Shown one piece after another: positions 21,662 to 35,034 of a DNA stretch of 64,000 bases. The DNA is taken from contig CAVNZM010000013.1 of assembly GCA_963693365.1 (NCBI GenBank), positions 5,880,640 through 5,944,639 of the forward strand. Direction: 5' to 3'. The DNA is from Amoebidium appalachense (lineage: Eukaryota; Protista; Ichthyosporea). The notes beneath the pieces were generated by a model. That model was given only the letters and a program-made list of their open reading frames with translations. It made no database searches and had not been told where the DNA came from. How positions within the stretch are numbered: the stretch's first letter is position 1; each line of letters starts with the position of its first letter. The position numbers and the translations under genes are program-made.

Positions 21662-22454
21662 GCCTCCTCATAACAACTACACAACCACACTCACAGCCAA
21701 CCTACCACCCCCGCTACCATGGCAGACATTTGCAAACACTGGGATTCTTTCCAACGGTGGAGTCCCCCCTCCACCCCCCCCTCCCCCCCCCTTCCCCCCT
21801 CCCTTCTCCTCCCCTTCCGAGACACATTCACGTCCTCCCCCACCCACCCGCTGTTTGCAGAGTCTTTCACACCGCAGTCATCCACACACCCATCCGTAAC
21901 CAAGCGTGGCGTGTGCGCACACACACACACGCACGCACACATACACACACACACACACATACACACACACACACACGCACACGTACCCCTTTGAGCCCCT
22001 CTCGTTGTAGATGATCTCGACCTCATCCACTGTGCCGTATTTCTCAAACAGTTGCCTGGAAACGTGGTGTCAGTTAATGGCAGAAGACAAAAAGGGGGAA
22101 GGTATGCAAAGACTGGCAGAGGGAGACACTCAGGAGCGCGGGCAGGAGGGGGGTAAAGAATGTGTTGCAGAGTACGTAGTACACATTCACATTCACGACG
22201 GACAGCACAATGCAGAAACTGCTGCATGCGTCATTAGCAGAGCCTTCTGGTGGTGGCCGTGGTGGTGGTGGGTGGGTGGGTGGGTGGGGGGGGGGGGGGG
22301 GGGGGGGGCAAGGAAGGGAGCAAAGGAGGCCAAAGATTTACGAGTCGGGCCCATCTAATCGCATGCATCATAGTGATTGCATGCACACATATCTGTCATA
22401 TGGGCAACCTGGATGTTTTCGCCGATCCTATGCTGGTTCTTTTTTTTTTTTTTT

Positions 22455-22485
<31 letters not shown>

Positions 22486-22605
22486 GGGGGGAGGCCTTCC
22501 TCCTTTTTTTTTTTTGGTGGAATTTTGGCGCCGGGGGGGGGGGGGGGGGGGGGGGGGGGTGGAGGTGGAGAGGGGGGAGGCTGAGGCGGAAAAGGGTGGG
22601 TGGGT

Positions 22606-22639
<34 letters not shown>

Positions 22640-23273
22640 TGTCAGTGCGACCTTCATGTGGGGAAAAAAAAAAAAGGAAAGAAAAAAAAAGGAAAGGACG
22701 AAAAAGGGGGGTTAAAAAAGCATGTGGAAAGGTTTAGCCCGCTTGAAAGAAAAGGAAGAACACATCCATGACGCACAACACCATACACACTGCAAAGCAC
22801 ACACACAGCATGCATATCAATGGGGGTACATGTACTCACTTGAGCTCAGGCTCACGTATGCGGAAGGGCAGGTTGCTGATGTGCAGCCGCCTGTCTCCCT
22901 GCTCCGGTACTAGTGGCTGGGTCGCCTGCTGGGCTGCTTGCTGCAGCAAATGCCGGGGAGGGGGAGGGGGGGGGGGGGGGGGGGGGAGGGGGGGGGGCGG
23001 GGGGAGGGTGGGAGGGAAGAGAAGGGAGGGAGGGGGGAGGAATGGGTTAGAACGGGCTGTAGAGTATAGAGTAAACAACCATAATAGACACCACAATCCA
23101 GACTGCAAAGAACAAGGAGTGTACATCAAAGGCAGAGCTCTTCCCCAGAAAGGGCTCAAGTCATCCACAGTACTCAAGCTTTGCCCCTCCCCCCCCCCTT
23201 CCTGGGGGGAGGGGGGGAAGGCGGGGGGGGGAGGGGGGGGAAGGGGGGGGGGGGGGGGGGGGGGGGGGGGGAA

Positions 23274-23320
<47 letters not shown>

Positions 23321-25599
23321 GGGGGTGATGTCTGCATTACAAGGTGGAGGGGTAAAGAACACCAAACAAGACACGACACAAAACCATGGCATCAACCCAC
23401 CAACACCAAAAAAGAGCAGAGAGCCGTGCATGCTGCAAGAGGCACCTAAACAAGCTCCGCCACCAAGAACATTCACATGCCTCCACATCAAGACACATGC
23501 AACACATGTAAGAGGTTATGTGATTGGAACGACTGACTGATGGTAAGGTCCCCCCCACATCTTCCACCATGCATCTACCACAAACAAGACCCTCCCCGTC
23601 CCCCCCCCCCCCCCCCCTCCCCTCCCTCCCCCCTTCCCCTCAACACCCTCCCATTACTTGCCACAGATCCAGAAGTCCCTGTCCACCCTCTCGGTATCTC
23701 TCTCTCTCCCTATTCCTCCCTCTCTCTCTATGTCCCCCCCTCCCCCCTCCCCTTCCCCCCCCTCCCACCCCCCCCCCCCCCCCCCCCTCCCCTCCCTCCG
23801 TCCCTCCCTCCGTCCTTCCCTCTCTCTCTAGCTCTCGCCCTCGCTGTCTCTCCCCATCCTTCCCATCCCCTCTTCCCCGAAAAAACCCTCCGGTACCCTG
23901 TACACCGGTGCACACATAAATGTACACACAGGTACAACACATCCAGATCCCCCCCCTCTCTGCCCCCCCCCCCCCCCCCCCCCCCTTTTTGCCCTCTTCC
24001 CGGCCCTCCCACTTTCTGCCCCCCCCCCCCCCCAAGATACACCCACAAATACACCCGCCCACTCCTTCCCATCCCACCAAATGTATTTCGCACACTTACG
24101 CACTGCCCACCCACCGTCGGGCCCAGCTTTCCCTTACCCCCCCCCCCCCCCCTCCCCCCCCCCCTACCCCCCCACCCACCCACCTTCCCACCCACCCACC
24201 CACCCACCCTCCTTACACCCACCCCATATCCGATATCCACCCAACAATCCCATACCCACACATCCAATTCCCCATCTCCACATCCATCCATCTCAACACC
24301 CCCACCTGGTAATATGCAGCATACTGAGCATATGCTGACGGGTCTGTAGGGGCTGCACTTGTGTCGTATCTGACAGCCTCACTGCTTGCTGTCGTGCCGT
24401 CCTTCTTCTCCCCTACCTGCTCCTTGGAAGGCGATGTTTCCTTATAGGAATCCCTGTGGGAAAGAACAATGAGCACTTACATGTTGTGTGGTTAAAATGT
24501 GGGGAGATAGGCGGGAAAGGCACCAACCTGCCTAGCTGTGAGGGTTCGCTGGGCTTGGAGTCATGTTTGTCTGTGTCCTTTGCTTTGTCCTCCTCCTGAG
24601 TTGGTCACAGGTGGGTCAGTTTAGTGGGCATGCAGGGTGTGGCTCTTCAGCAAAGCAAAGTGTCAAGTATCAGGGAGGCGAAGGCACACGTGTGAGTGTG
24701 TAGAAGTGGCTTGTGTGTGTGTAGGGCAGGGGGAGTGGCCGGCGGGGGAGGGGGGGGGGGGGGAGGGGGGGGAGAGAGAGAGGGGGAGGGGGGGGGGGGG
24801 GGGGGGGGGGGGTTGCTAAGGGTGACCTTGTTGGGTGTGCGAGAGTGCAAGCTCGCCTGTTGCACATCAGGGCGAAAAGTTTGAACTTGTGAGTAACGGT
24901 GCGGAAACTTCAAGGTGATTGTGTACACATGTTGTGGATGTAGGTATAATTTTGCTTACAACCCTCTGTGTGCAACAGGAGAGCGACCCTTTTCCTCCCG
25001 TCCCCCCCCCCCCCTCCCCCCCCCCCCCCCCCCCACAGACACACACACATCTTCGCTCTCCCTTCCTCCCTCTCCTTCTCTACGTATTCTGTGTCGTGCA
25101 CGTGTGTCTCAATGTTACCACAAGGTTTCAGCACACCAAATCCAAGGGCCTCGGGCTCTGATTACTCGTGACATCTGCCCTAGGGACCACGTGCAGGGAC
25201 GAGTAAAAGCCGTATTTGTGGCTCTGCACTTCCCACGGAACGAGAAGTAGCAAGAAGTGCGAGAAGCAGGGAGAATCTTCTGAAACTATGCACCAGCCAC
25301 CTCCCTCCCCCCTCTCCCCCTCACCATCCCCCCCCCCCACCCCACCCCACCCCCATCCCCCAAACCCCTGTGCCTCTTTCCCTTTCCCACTCTTTCCTTC
25401 CCCCCCCGACAGCTTCTTTCTTTTCCCGACTCAACGAAGCGAATCAAACCCTTCATGCTTGTTCCTCTGCCTCACTTGTGCGCACATCACTATCCTGCCA
25501 AAGGGGTGAGAGGGAGAGCGGGAAAAAGAGAGAGAGACTTACCTGGGCAGGGGGGCTGGCAGCTGGCTTGTCGTTTGTGGTCTTGGGTGAGTCTGCCAT
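18580..25599 (-). CDS. RBFOX: RBFOX/Fox-1-like RRM splicing regulator
   Basis: Approximate exons 25599-25543, 24453-24306, 22940-22840, 22055-21987, 21428-21338, 20830-20781, 20580-20514, 20194-20114, 19702-19664 and 18720-18580. They give [47 protein letters not shown]...VDNRRVEVNWATR (Fox-1 RRM signature). An Ala/Tyr/Pro-rich tail ends in RRYQPY*, like the RBFOX PY-NLS. Confidence 0.9.
19130..19325. repeat. 40-bp tandem repeat, about 5 copies, in the last RBFOX intron
   Basis: Unit ACCAAGTCTACATAATCAGAGACTAAACAAGTGATCGGAG. Confidence 0.9.
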
Positions 25600-25789
25600 T
25601 GTGGGTGTGGGGTAGCGCCTGTTGGGTAATGTGGGGTAAGGCGAGCTCTGGCTGTGTTTGTACAAAACCACGGCAACAATTTGGGTGTAGGCTTTCTCCA
25701 CCTTCACTGTGAAAACTCTGAAGACTAAATTTGACTGCAGTGCGTGTTTCAACCGAGTTGGACTTTGTGATCGGCCCTTTGGGTCATAG

Positions 25790-25861
25790 ATGACGTCATC
25801 AATTGACGTCACGCCTTATGGACATGGGATATTCTCGGAGGGCCCCTTTTTGGCGCGAAAA
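25790..25861. promoter_or_regulatory. Candidate bidirectional promoter motifs: two CRE palindromes and an E2F-like site
   Basis: TGACGTCA at 25791-25798 and 25804-25811, and TTTTGGCGCGAAA at about 25848-25860. These lie between divergent ATGs at 25599 (-) and 26157 (+). Confidence 0.5.
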
Positions 25862-26156
25862 TCTGTAAAGCACCCGCACACAGCTCCGGGCAGCTCCGGG
25901 CAGCTGAAGGCTTGAAACACAGACGTATCGAATGTAAATGCTTTGCACTCTTTGCGGGCTTCTCCTTCTTTCTTTAAGTAGTACGTGTGTGATTACTGCT
26001 AAACACGGTAAAGCGCCCTTGCCCTCCACCTTGCCCACGTGTAGTGCAGCCCCGTTTCTGCCTTACACAGAGTGGGCAAAGTTACTCACAGCACGTGCGC
26101 AAAATTTACCGGACAGGGTGTCACAAGGGTTAACACCGCCACAATACACGGCTACC

Positions 26157-26507
26157 ATGGCAACTAGAAACGACTGGAAAGTCACATCACTTCCCATAGA
26201 ACACGTGGCTATCCCTCTACCAAGCAACTTTCTCAGTTTCAGCTCGAATGAATGGGAAATGGTGCAGAAAGGGCTAGTGCCACAAGACATGGATGAGAGG
26301 TGGTTTATATACTGTGAAGGACGGACCGTTTACTTTCACCGGAGCTGGTCTGGTTTCTGTGTATATGAGCTGGACGTGAGGGAGCAGGGGGGCAGGTGGG
26401 TAGCCGTGCAGGCGATGGCAAACAGAGACAAGGGGCAGTATACGGGCACAGACGAGGACGGAGACTTGCAGACTATCAAGGCCCTGTGTGGGCTGCTGAC
26501 CGGGTGA
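26157..26507 (+). CDS. Intronless 116-aa hypothetical protein of bacterial-type family (W-F-I-Y..YFHRSW.G motif)
   Basis: Clean ORF with ACCATGG start context and normal complexity: MATRNDWK...GLVPQDMDERWFIYCEGRTVYFHRSWSGFCVY...ANRDKGQY. It resembles uncharacterised small proteins I recall from bacteria and fungi. Confidence 0.8.
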   Translation: MATRNDWKVTSLPIEHVAIPLPSNFLSFSSNEWEMVQKGLVPQDMDERWFIYCEGRTVYFHRSWSGFCVYELDVREQGGRWVAVQAMANRDKGQYTGTDEDGDLQTIKALCGLLTG

Positions 26508-27197
26508 ATGGTCGGGTTGTTATTTCGGGCAGTGCGAGTTCAACGTATATGGTGGAGGTCTTGGAGGAGGCGGGTTGCCATAAGTGTGCTGTGATATCCT
26601 AAAGGGTGTTATGACAACTGTGGCCCGATTCCACTAATGACCGATGGAAGTTCAAAGTTTTGGTGGACACGTATCACAGATGATACTACTACACGGATCA
26701 CTTACCTTAAGGGTAACGGTTAACGTTGTCTTTTGTGTACACGTGTGTATGTGTATGTGTTTGGGGGGGGGGGCGAGGGGAGGGAGGGGGAGGAGACTGG
26801 ATTTACAGCGACCATTTTGTATGGGATTGCTACGAATATCCGCCTTCTAAATATGAAGAGTATGCTTGGTGTTTATTATGGTTGCCGCACCGCCAGTTTG
26901 TGTGCTCCAGTTAAGACCTTAAGAACACTTCTATTCCATTCGACATGATGACGGGGTATAATTCTGCTCTGGCTGTAACGCCTTCATATCTACATGTGCT
27001 CAAGAACAATGCACCCAATAAACCAATTTAACCAGTTAACACTTCTTTCATCCAGGCTCAGAACCTAACTGTACTCATGACAAAACGTGTATGGTGCTTG
27101 CCGCCATCAAAACCACAGTATATCTACTTTTGCCTGCCTAATGGTTCACGTTTCGTGCGTGTGGTTTCCACGAAGACCGCAGATCTCAAACCAATAT

Positions 27198-27239
<42 letters not shown>

Positions 27240-27398
27240 AAAATAGAACAAAACAAATAAAACCAAATAAAACCATATATGTAACTATGTGCAAAGGGAA
27301 GAGGAACGGAGAAAGAGAAAGGAGCAAAACCCTGCAGCGATGTTCATGGACGTACTAAAGGAGAAAACTTAAAGTAAACCATCCACGGCCGTGGCTCG

Positions 27399-27464
27399 CT
27401 ACATGTTGAAGGCAAACAGAAGGGCCTGATGGTCGTCACTGCCCGTCAGCACCCGGCTGCCGTC

Positions 27465-27532
<68 letters not shown>

Positions 27533-27587
27533 TGTGAGTGTGGGTGGGTGCATGTGAGTATGTGTGTGCGTGTGCGTGTGTGTGTTT

Positions 27588-27630
<43 letters not shown>

Positions 27631-28316
27631 AAATGTGTGATAGACTTACTGTACGAAGTACACATTCATAATCGAAAACACAACGCAGAGTTGCACACGA
27701 GTATGCATAATACCCAGAGCACATCCTCTGGCCCGGGGGGGAGGGGGGGGGGGGGGGGGGGGGTTTGAATGCGGAACACGGTACGAAGTACGCATACACG
27801 ACGAGAAGCATGGTACAGGACACATGCAAAGGCAAACATTCAAGTATGCAACATCAGCCATGCGCACAGTATGCGTCATAAGCAGAGCCCAGCCTCAGGG
27901 AGGGCCCAAGGGGGGGCTGCTTTGAAGCTGCCACGTGTGTAGCTGCAAGAGAGAACAAAATGGAAGCAAGTGGATCTGAAGAATACTACAGGAACAGGTC
28001 AAGAAGAGATATTGTGACGGGAGAGTGCTAGGATGGACTGCACGAGATGCATGGCACATGCTAAACAGTATGTGGTGTGCTGTGTGCGCGCAATTGTGCT
28101 CCTCGGCATGTGCATGCTTCTGGTACGCGTGTCACACGCACCCCAGCAAAAAGGCGAGCAAATGAACATTTGCACACCCCTCCGTGTTGCATGCATATGT
28201 GCTCTATCGGTGTTGCGTGTGCATGGACTATGCACATGCGCTCAACCATGCGTGCACAAGCACTAATACACCCACATGCACACTTGAATGTTGCATGAAC
28301 CATGAACGTACCCCTT

Positions 28317-28400
<84 letters not shown>

Positions 28401-29471
28401 TGTGTGTGTGTGTTAGTGTGTGTGTGTGTGTGTTATGTGTGTGTGTGTGTGTGTGTGCACGTGCGTACCTGCTGACAGCCAGTGACAGGATGCTATCTCT
28501 GTGCCCGGTCCATTTCTGCAGCAGCTGGCCTGTGCGTGCATCCCATGCGCTGACCGTACGGTCCACACTGCCACTAAACACTACGGGCTGCCTCGGATGC
28601 CATGCCAACGCCACAACCCCACCCTGTAAAACACAACGATCAATATAAACATACATGCGGGGGGTGCCGTGAAATACAACAATAAACCCCCCTCTCCCCA
28701 GCCCCCCTCTTCCCCCCCTTCTCCCCCCCCCCCCCCCAAGTCACCTCTTCCCTCCCCCTCCCTCTCCCCCTCCCCCCTCCCCCTCCCCCGGGCCACACAC
28801 ACAAACACACCACCCATCACCACATAAACACCACCCCCATCACAACCGACATATGCTCAACCCACAGACACACAAACAAAAGAGAAGGAAAGGAAAAAAT
28901 AAGGGAGGGCCAAAGGAAGAAAGCATGGAATAGCTAAGTCAAAGACACACACCTCCCACGCACATGTGCAACTGTGCACGCATCTGTGATCCATCAGCGA
29001 ACAATCCAAAAATAGACAAATCTTGCATGCATGTACCTGTGTGTACCCGTGTGTTTGTGCAAGGTTTATGTGTGAGAGTACGTGTTCGTGAGCACGTGTG
29101 TGCTTGGCACATGTGTGAGTGCATATGTGTGTGCAAGGAGACAGGTGTGTGTATACACGTGTGCATAAGTGTGTGCCTGCATGTGCATATGTGCCCACGA
29201 GTGTGCAAGTGTGTGCAAGTGCTTTCTTGCATATATGCACGAGGTTGTGTGCCTGCTCATTAGTAAATATGCATTCATATGGCCCATGCAAGTAGCTCTG
29301 TGCCTGTGTGTGTGTGCACGTGCAACACGTACGTCGTGTGTGCACGTGTGGCGCAGGTGCAGGGCACCACTTGTCTCCCAGATGCACAAACTGCCGTCCA
29401 GAGCCCCCGTCGCTGCATACGGGTGCCTGAAGTGGCTACGTCAGTATATGACAGTATTATGATGGAGATGT

Positions 29472-29525
<54 letters not shown>

Positions 29526-29640
29526 GTGTGCGTGTGTTTGTGCGTGTGCGCGCGGGTGTGTGTGCGAGTGCTGGAGTTCCTGTTCTTGTTTGACCCCACC
29601 CCCCCCAAAAAAATTCGTTCCCCCAATTTGATATGGCAAT

Positions 29641-29731
<91 letters not shown>

Positions 29732-32087
29732 CTTTTTTTTTTGTTTGTTTTTTTTTTTTGGGGGGGGGGGGGGAGGGGGGAGGGGGGGATTTAGTATGGG
29801 CGAACTACAACAACCATACCATGCGGTCTATATCACAACCTCCCACACGGGTATGGGGCGCAAAAGGCGCCTATCCTCAAGCGTTTGCTGTGTGTGTTTG
29901 TGTGTGTGTCTAAACGGGGGGGGGGGGGGTGTTGAATGCGTCAAAAAGTACGAAGTACACAAGAACAAACGGATAACACGATGCAGAATGCAAGCCATAC
30001 ATAAAGAGTATGCATAATAAGCAGAGCCCATCCTCAGGGGGGGCCCACGTCATCCACAGTACCCGAGTTTCGACCTATTCCCCTCGTTAACGAAACCCAA
30101 CTCAGATACTGTTTCACTTGAACATGAGTAGGTCACCCGTCTTGATCAGAGACGAGCAGGGTTGCTTATGCAGGCAAGGGCAGTGGGAAAGGCCGGGGGT
30201 TAAAGTTGCAGCAGTAAGCAGAAGCAAGAAAAATATAGATAGGAACTCAGGAGACGGGGCTTCTAGGAAGCTCCCCCGTCGATACCTAAGGGGGGGGGGA
30301 ATACGCACGTTGGGGAGAACTTTGCCGCCTCACATGAGTCTGTGTGCTTTTCCAACGACCCCACAACCTGCCAACAGGTCGGTCAGCTGCCCAGCCCAGA
30401 AAACACCCATACATATGTGCAACCCTCTCGTCCCCCCCCCCCCCCTCCCCTCCCCTCCCCCCCCCCCCCCCCTTCCCCCCCCCCCCCGGGGGGGCCCACA
30501 CTCACACATGCTCACACTCATGCACATACACACTCGTCCGCACACACACACACGCATATACACACACACCCAACACCTATACCAGACCATGCCATACAAC
30601 GTGTCCGTTTCGTCGCATTCCTCAACTGTGACACAATGTTGGACCAAAAACACGCAGCAAAGGCACCCTTCTCTCTTCACTCGGCCTCCCCTCTTCCACA
30701 CACCTCATGCTTCACCACCAACACACCCACCACTCCCTCAGGCCCAGCACAACCAAACACCGTTAATAACATTTAAACTTTGATATTGCTCAGAGGTGCC
30801 ATACAATTCGATCTTAGACAAGACACTGTTCAACGTTATAATACCATTCAGTTTTGGAAGAAAAAACGAATTGTTCAGAGTGGAACCAATCAATGAAGAT
30901 CATGGGAATGCAACAAGTACCTTTCCTGTACGGGTGTTCGTGATCTTAACCTGCCCGTCCTCTGCACCTGTGATGACCATGATGCTGTCGCTGTGTACGT
31001 CCAGGCAGCTGATGGGTGCCTCGTGCCATTGGTTGGCCCCTGTGCAGTGTGTGAGCCACTGTGTGCACTTACTGCTTGCACCCATTCAAACACTGTGTGC
31101 ACACTGATTGCACTCATTGCTTGCGCCTATTCAAAACACTGTGCACATACTGCTTGCACATACTGCTTGCACCCATTCAAAAACCTGTGTGCACGCAGTC
31201 CTTGCCCCTACTCAAAACACTGTGTGCACACACTGCTTGCGGCCATTCATAACACTGTGTGCACTCACTGCTTGCACCCCCTCAAAACTGCTCGCATCCA
31301 TTCACCCATTCACAACACTATGTGCACATACTGCTCGCATCCATTCACCCGTTCAAAACACTGTGTACACACACTGCTTGTTCTTATTCATTTCATTCCA
31401 CTGCCTGTGTCAGGACACATACAAAAACATGACCCTGTTCACCCATTCACCTGATCACATACCCATCCATGCACCCATTCATCCACACATCCACCAACAC
31501 ATCCATACACATGCCACTATCGCCCCTCTCCCCCCCCCTGTCTCCCTCCCCCCTCCCCCCCCCTCCCCCACCACCCACCCACCCACCCACCCACTACCAC
31601 CACCCACCCACCCGCCTCCTTCCCTCCCCTCCCTCCCCCCCCCCCCCCCCCTCCCCCCCCCCTTCCCGGCCCGCCCGCCCGCCTTCCCCCTTGGCACGCA
31701 CCTGGAGCCATTTTGAGCTTAGCCTCTGCGGTCTTTGGGTCCCACACGACCAAACTCATATCTGAGGAGACAGTCACCACCGCCTTGCCTGCACATGCAT
31801 TAGATGTTAGGGTGCACACACACACCTTGGTGTTCTCGACAGTCCAAACTATGGGTTATGTCTTGTTTTCTTTTGCTTGCCTAACTTTAGCGTGTGGATA
31901 AGAAGCAAAGAAGAACAGGGAAGTGAAAAACAAACAGCCGTATCAAACCCTTCCTGGATGGTTAAGGGATAATAAAAAATACCGAAATTTAGAAAAGAAG
32001 AAAATGGCAGCACCAACAGGGAGGGAAAACGGGTAGAGGATGTAGTGATGGACATAACACATTTGTACAGCTGTGTGCATGTCTGTT

Positions 32088-32158
<71 letters not shown>

Positions 32159-33115
32159 GCGCGCGCGTAGGAGAGAGGGCTTAGGGGCTGGGGGGTGAGG
32201 GAGGACGAAGAGAGAAAGGAAGAGTGTGTACGTGACTGACTGTGTCTGTGTCTCTCTCTGTGTGTGGATGTGTGTATGTGTGTGTGTGTTTGTGTGTGGT
32301 TCTTGGTGCACAATTTCTATTTTTTTCTCCCCCCCTTGTTTTGAGAGGGGTGGGGGGGAAGGTGGGGCTTTGTGCTTGTGCATTAGAGGGTATGAAAGGC
32401 AAACGCAATGCAAACCTTTTACACCATAAGCAGAAATGCAAGAAACCAAACATATGCTGCGGTGGGAAGGCATGGGAGCATGACATACACAGATACACAG
32501 CCAACAAAAACACGGGGCACAACTTTGGTGGTGGTGATGGGCCGGGGGGGGGGGGGGGGGGGGGGGGGGAGAGGGGTGTTACCGTCTGGGGTGAATGTGC
32601 CAGCCCTAACTGTGTCTGTGTGGCCGGCAAACACGTTCATCATGTGACCAGTGGGCACCCGCCACATCCACACATTGCCATCGCTAGACCCTGCAATCAC
32701 TACCGCCCCCCGGGGGTGCCATCCCACCCACTGTTGAAAAAGCAGTCAGCATGTATCTGCCACGCTTTTTGGTGTGTGTGGGTGGGTGGGGTGTGCATGC
32801 TTGTGTTTGTGTGTGTGCGTGTGTTTGTATGTATGTGAGTGTGTGTGTGGGGGGGGGGGGGAGGGGGGGGGCAGGCGCAGGGGGGGGGGCAGAGGAAATA
32901 GGCCCATGCCGAGACCTTGGAAGATGGGAGAATGGGCACAAACAGTGTAGGGCACGCAGTGTGTGTACACGCCCGTGTGTGTATAGGTGTGTGTACGGGT
33001 TGCCTGCCTTTTTGTTAAAAGATCTTTCGCTTACATCTTTCGCCTGTGTGTGCTTGTCCGGTTTTTAGTAATACATGTGCGGTAGAAATGAAGGGGAAAA
33101 GGATGGGTTGAAGGG

Positions 33116-33171
<56 letters not shown>

Positions 33172-33486
33172 GGGACACACACACACACAGACACATACAC
33201 CACACACACATACACATCCTCAACCCCCCCCCCCCCCCCCTACACCCACCCACCCACCCACCCACCCACCCACCCATCCACCCACCCACCCACCCACACA
33301 CACATCCTTAACCCCTCCTCCCCCCCCCCCCCCCCCCCCCCCCCATACACCCCCCCCCCCCCCCCCCCCCCACACACACACACAGACATACACATCACAC
33401 ACATACATCCTCAAACCCCCTCTCCCCCCCCCCCCCCATCCACCGACCCACCCACCCACCCACCCACCCACACACACACGCCGAAG

Positions 33487-33519
<33 letters not shown>

Positions 33520-34945
33520 ATCCACCCATCCACCTCCCCCTCCTCTCCCCCATCCCCTCCCACCCACCCATCCACCTTCCCCCCCCCCCCTCCCCCTTCC
33601 CCCCCCATCCCCCCCCCCCCCCCCCCCACACACACACATATACGCACCTCGACCTCCGTGCACCCCTCACATGCCACCACATGTTGGCCCGTCTGCACAT
33701 CCCATACCAGCACCTGCCCGTCCATCCCCCCCGTTGCTGCATACTTGCCGTCTGCACTGATAGACACGGATGTGACACTGTCCGTGTGTCCTGCATGCAG
33801 ACGTTAGCACGTGCACACACAGAACACGTGGGGGTATGTATGTGGAGGGGATGTGTGGCTGGCATCCAATGGACGGGTGGATGGGAGGGTGGGATTGGGG
33901 TTGGGGACGGGGGGTTGAATGCGGAACACGGTATGAAGTACAACTGCACGATAAAGAAGCACATTCATAGAAAACCAGTCACGCAATAGCAAACATGTAC
34001 GTAAGGGCAAAAAAAGGAGCCATCATCACAGAACGCAGAGGCTCCACCCCGCCTCCCCCCCCCCCCCCCCCTCGCCACACACACGCGCACACACTACTCC
34101 GCTTAGTTCTACCTATCTTCTCGCCTCGTTTACGAAAACAGTTAATCCTCTCCCCCCCCCCCCCCTCCCCCCCCCCCCCCCCACACACACACACCCCTTT
34201 CCAGTAAGGGACGGGAAAAGGGGGGGGGGGGGGGGAGGGGGGAGCAAGAGATAGACCCCCCCCTCCCTGCCCAAAAAGGACACTCATCATTGGTATCTCC
34301 TCTCCTTGCAACTCTCTCTCTCTCCCCCTTCGCCACTTACCCCCCCCCCCCCCCCCCCCCAAACACACACACACACCCACACAGCCGAAACCCAGTCATG
34401 CATTCACGCAAACCCCCCCCCCCCCCCCCCCCCCCGCCCGAGACACACACACACCTACCCCACCCAACCCACCTACACCTCCCCCCCCCCCCCACACACA
34501 CACACACACCACCTACCCCCCCCCCCCCCCCCCCCCCCCCCCCTTCAACACACACACACACACACGTACCCTTCAGCTCCCAGACCTTCTGGCCGTTAGC
34601 TGTATTCCACATGTATGCCACGTCATCCCCCCCCCCCCGATATGGCTACCGTGGGGTCTGTGGGGCTGAACCCGACAGTGTACACAGCGTCTGCGCATGT
34701 TTTTTTTTGTTTTTTGTTTGTTTTTGTTTTTTTTTGGGGGGGGGGGGAGGCGACAGGGGGGTTAGAATGTGTTAAAAGGTACGAAGTACACATTTATAAC
34801 GAACAACACAGTTCAAGGTACAAACCGCACAAAAGGATTAATGTATGACAAGCAGACCCCATGCTCGGGGGAAAGGGGATTGTGTATGCTAGAGAGAGGG
34901 GGGGGGGGAGGGGGGAGGAGATTGGAGGAGGGGGGGGGGGAGGGG

Positions 34946-35034
<89 letters not shown>

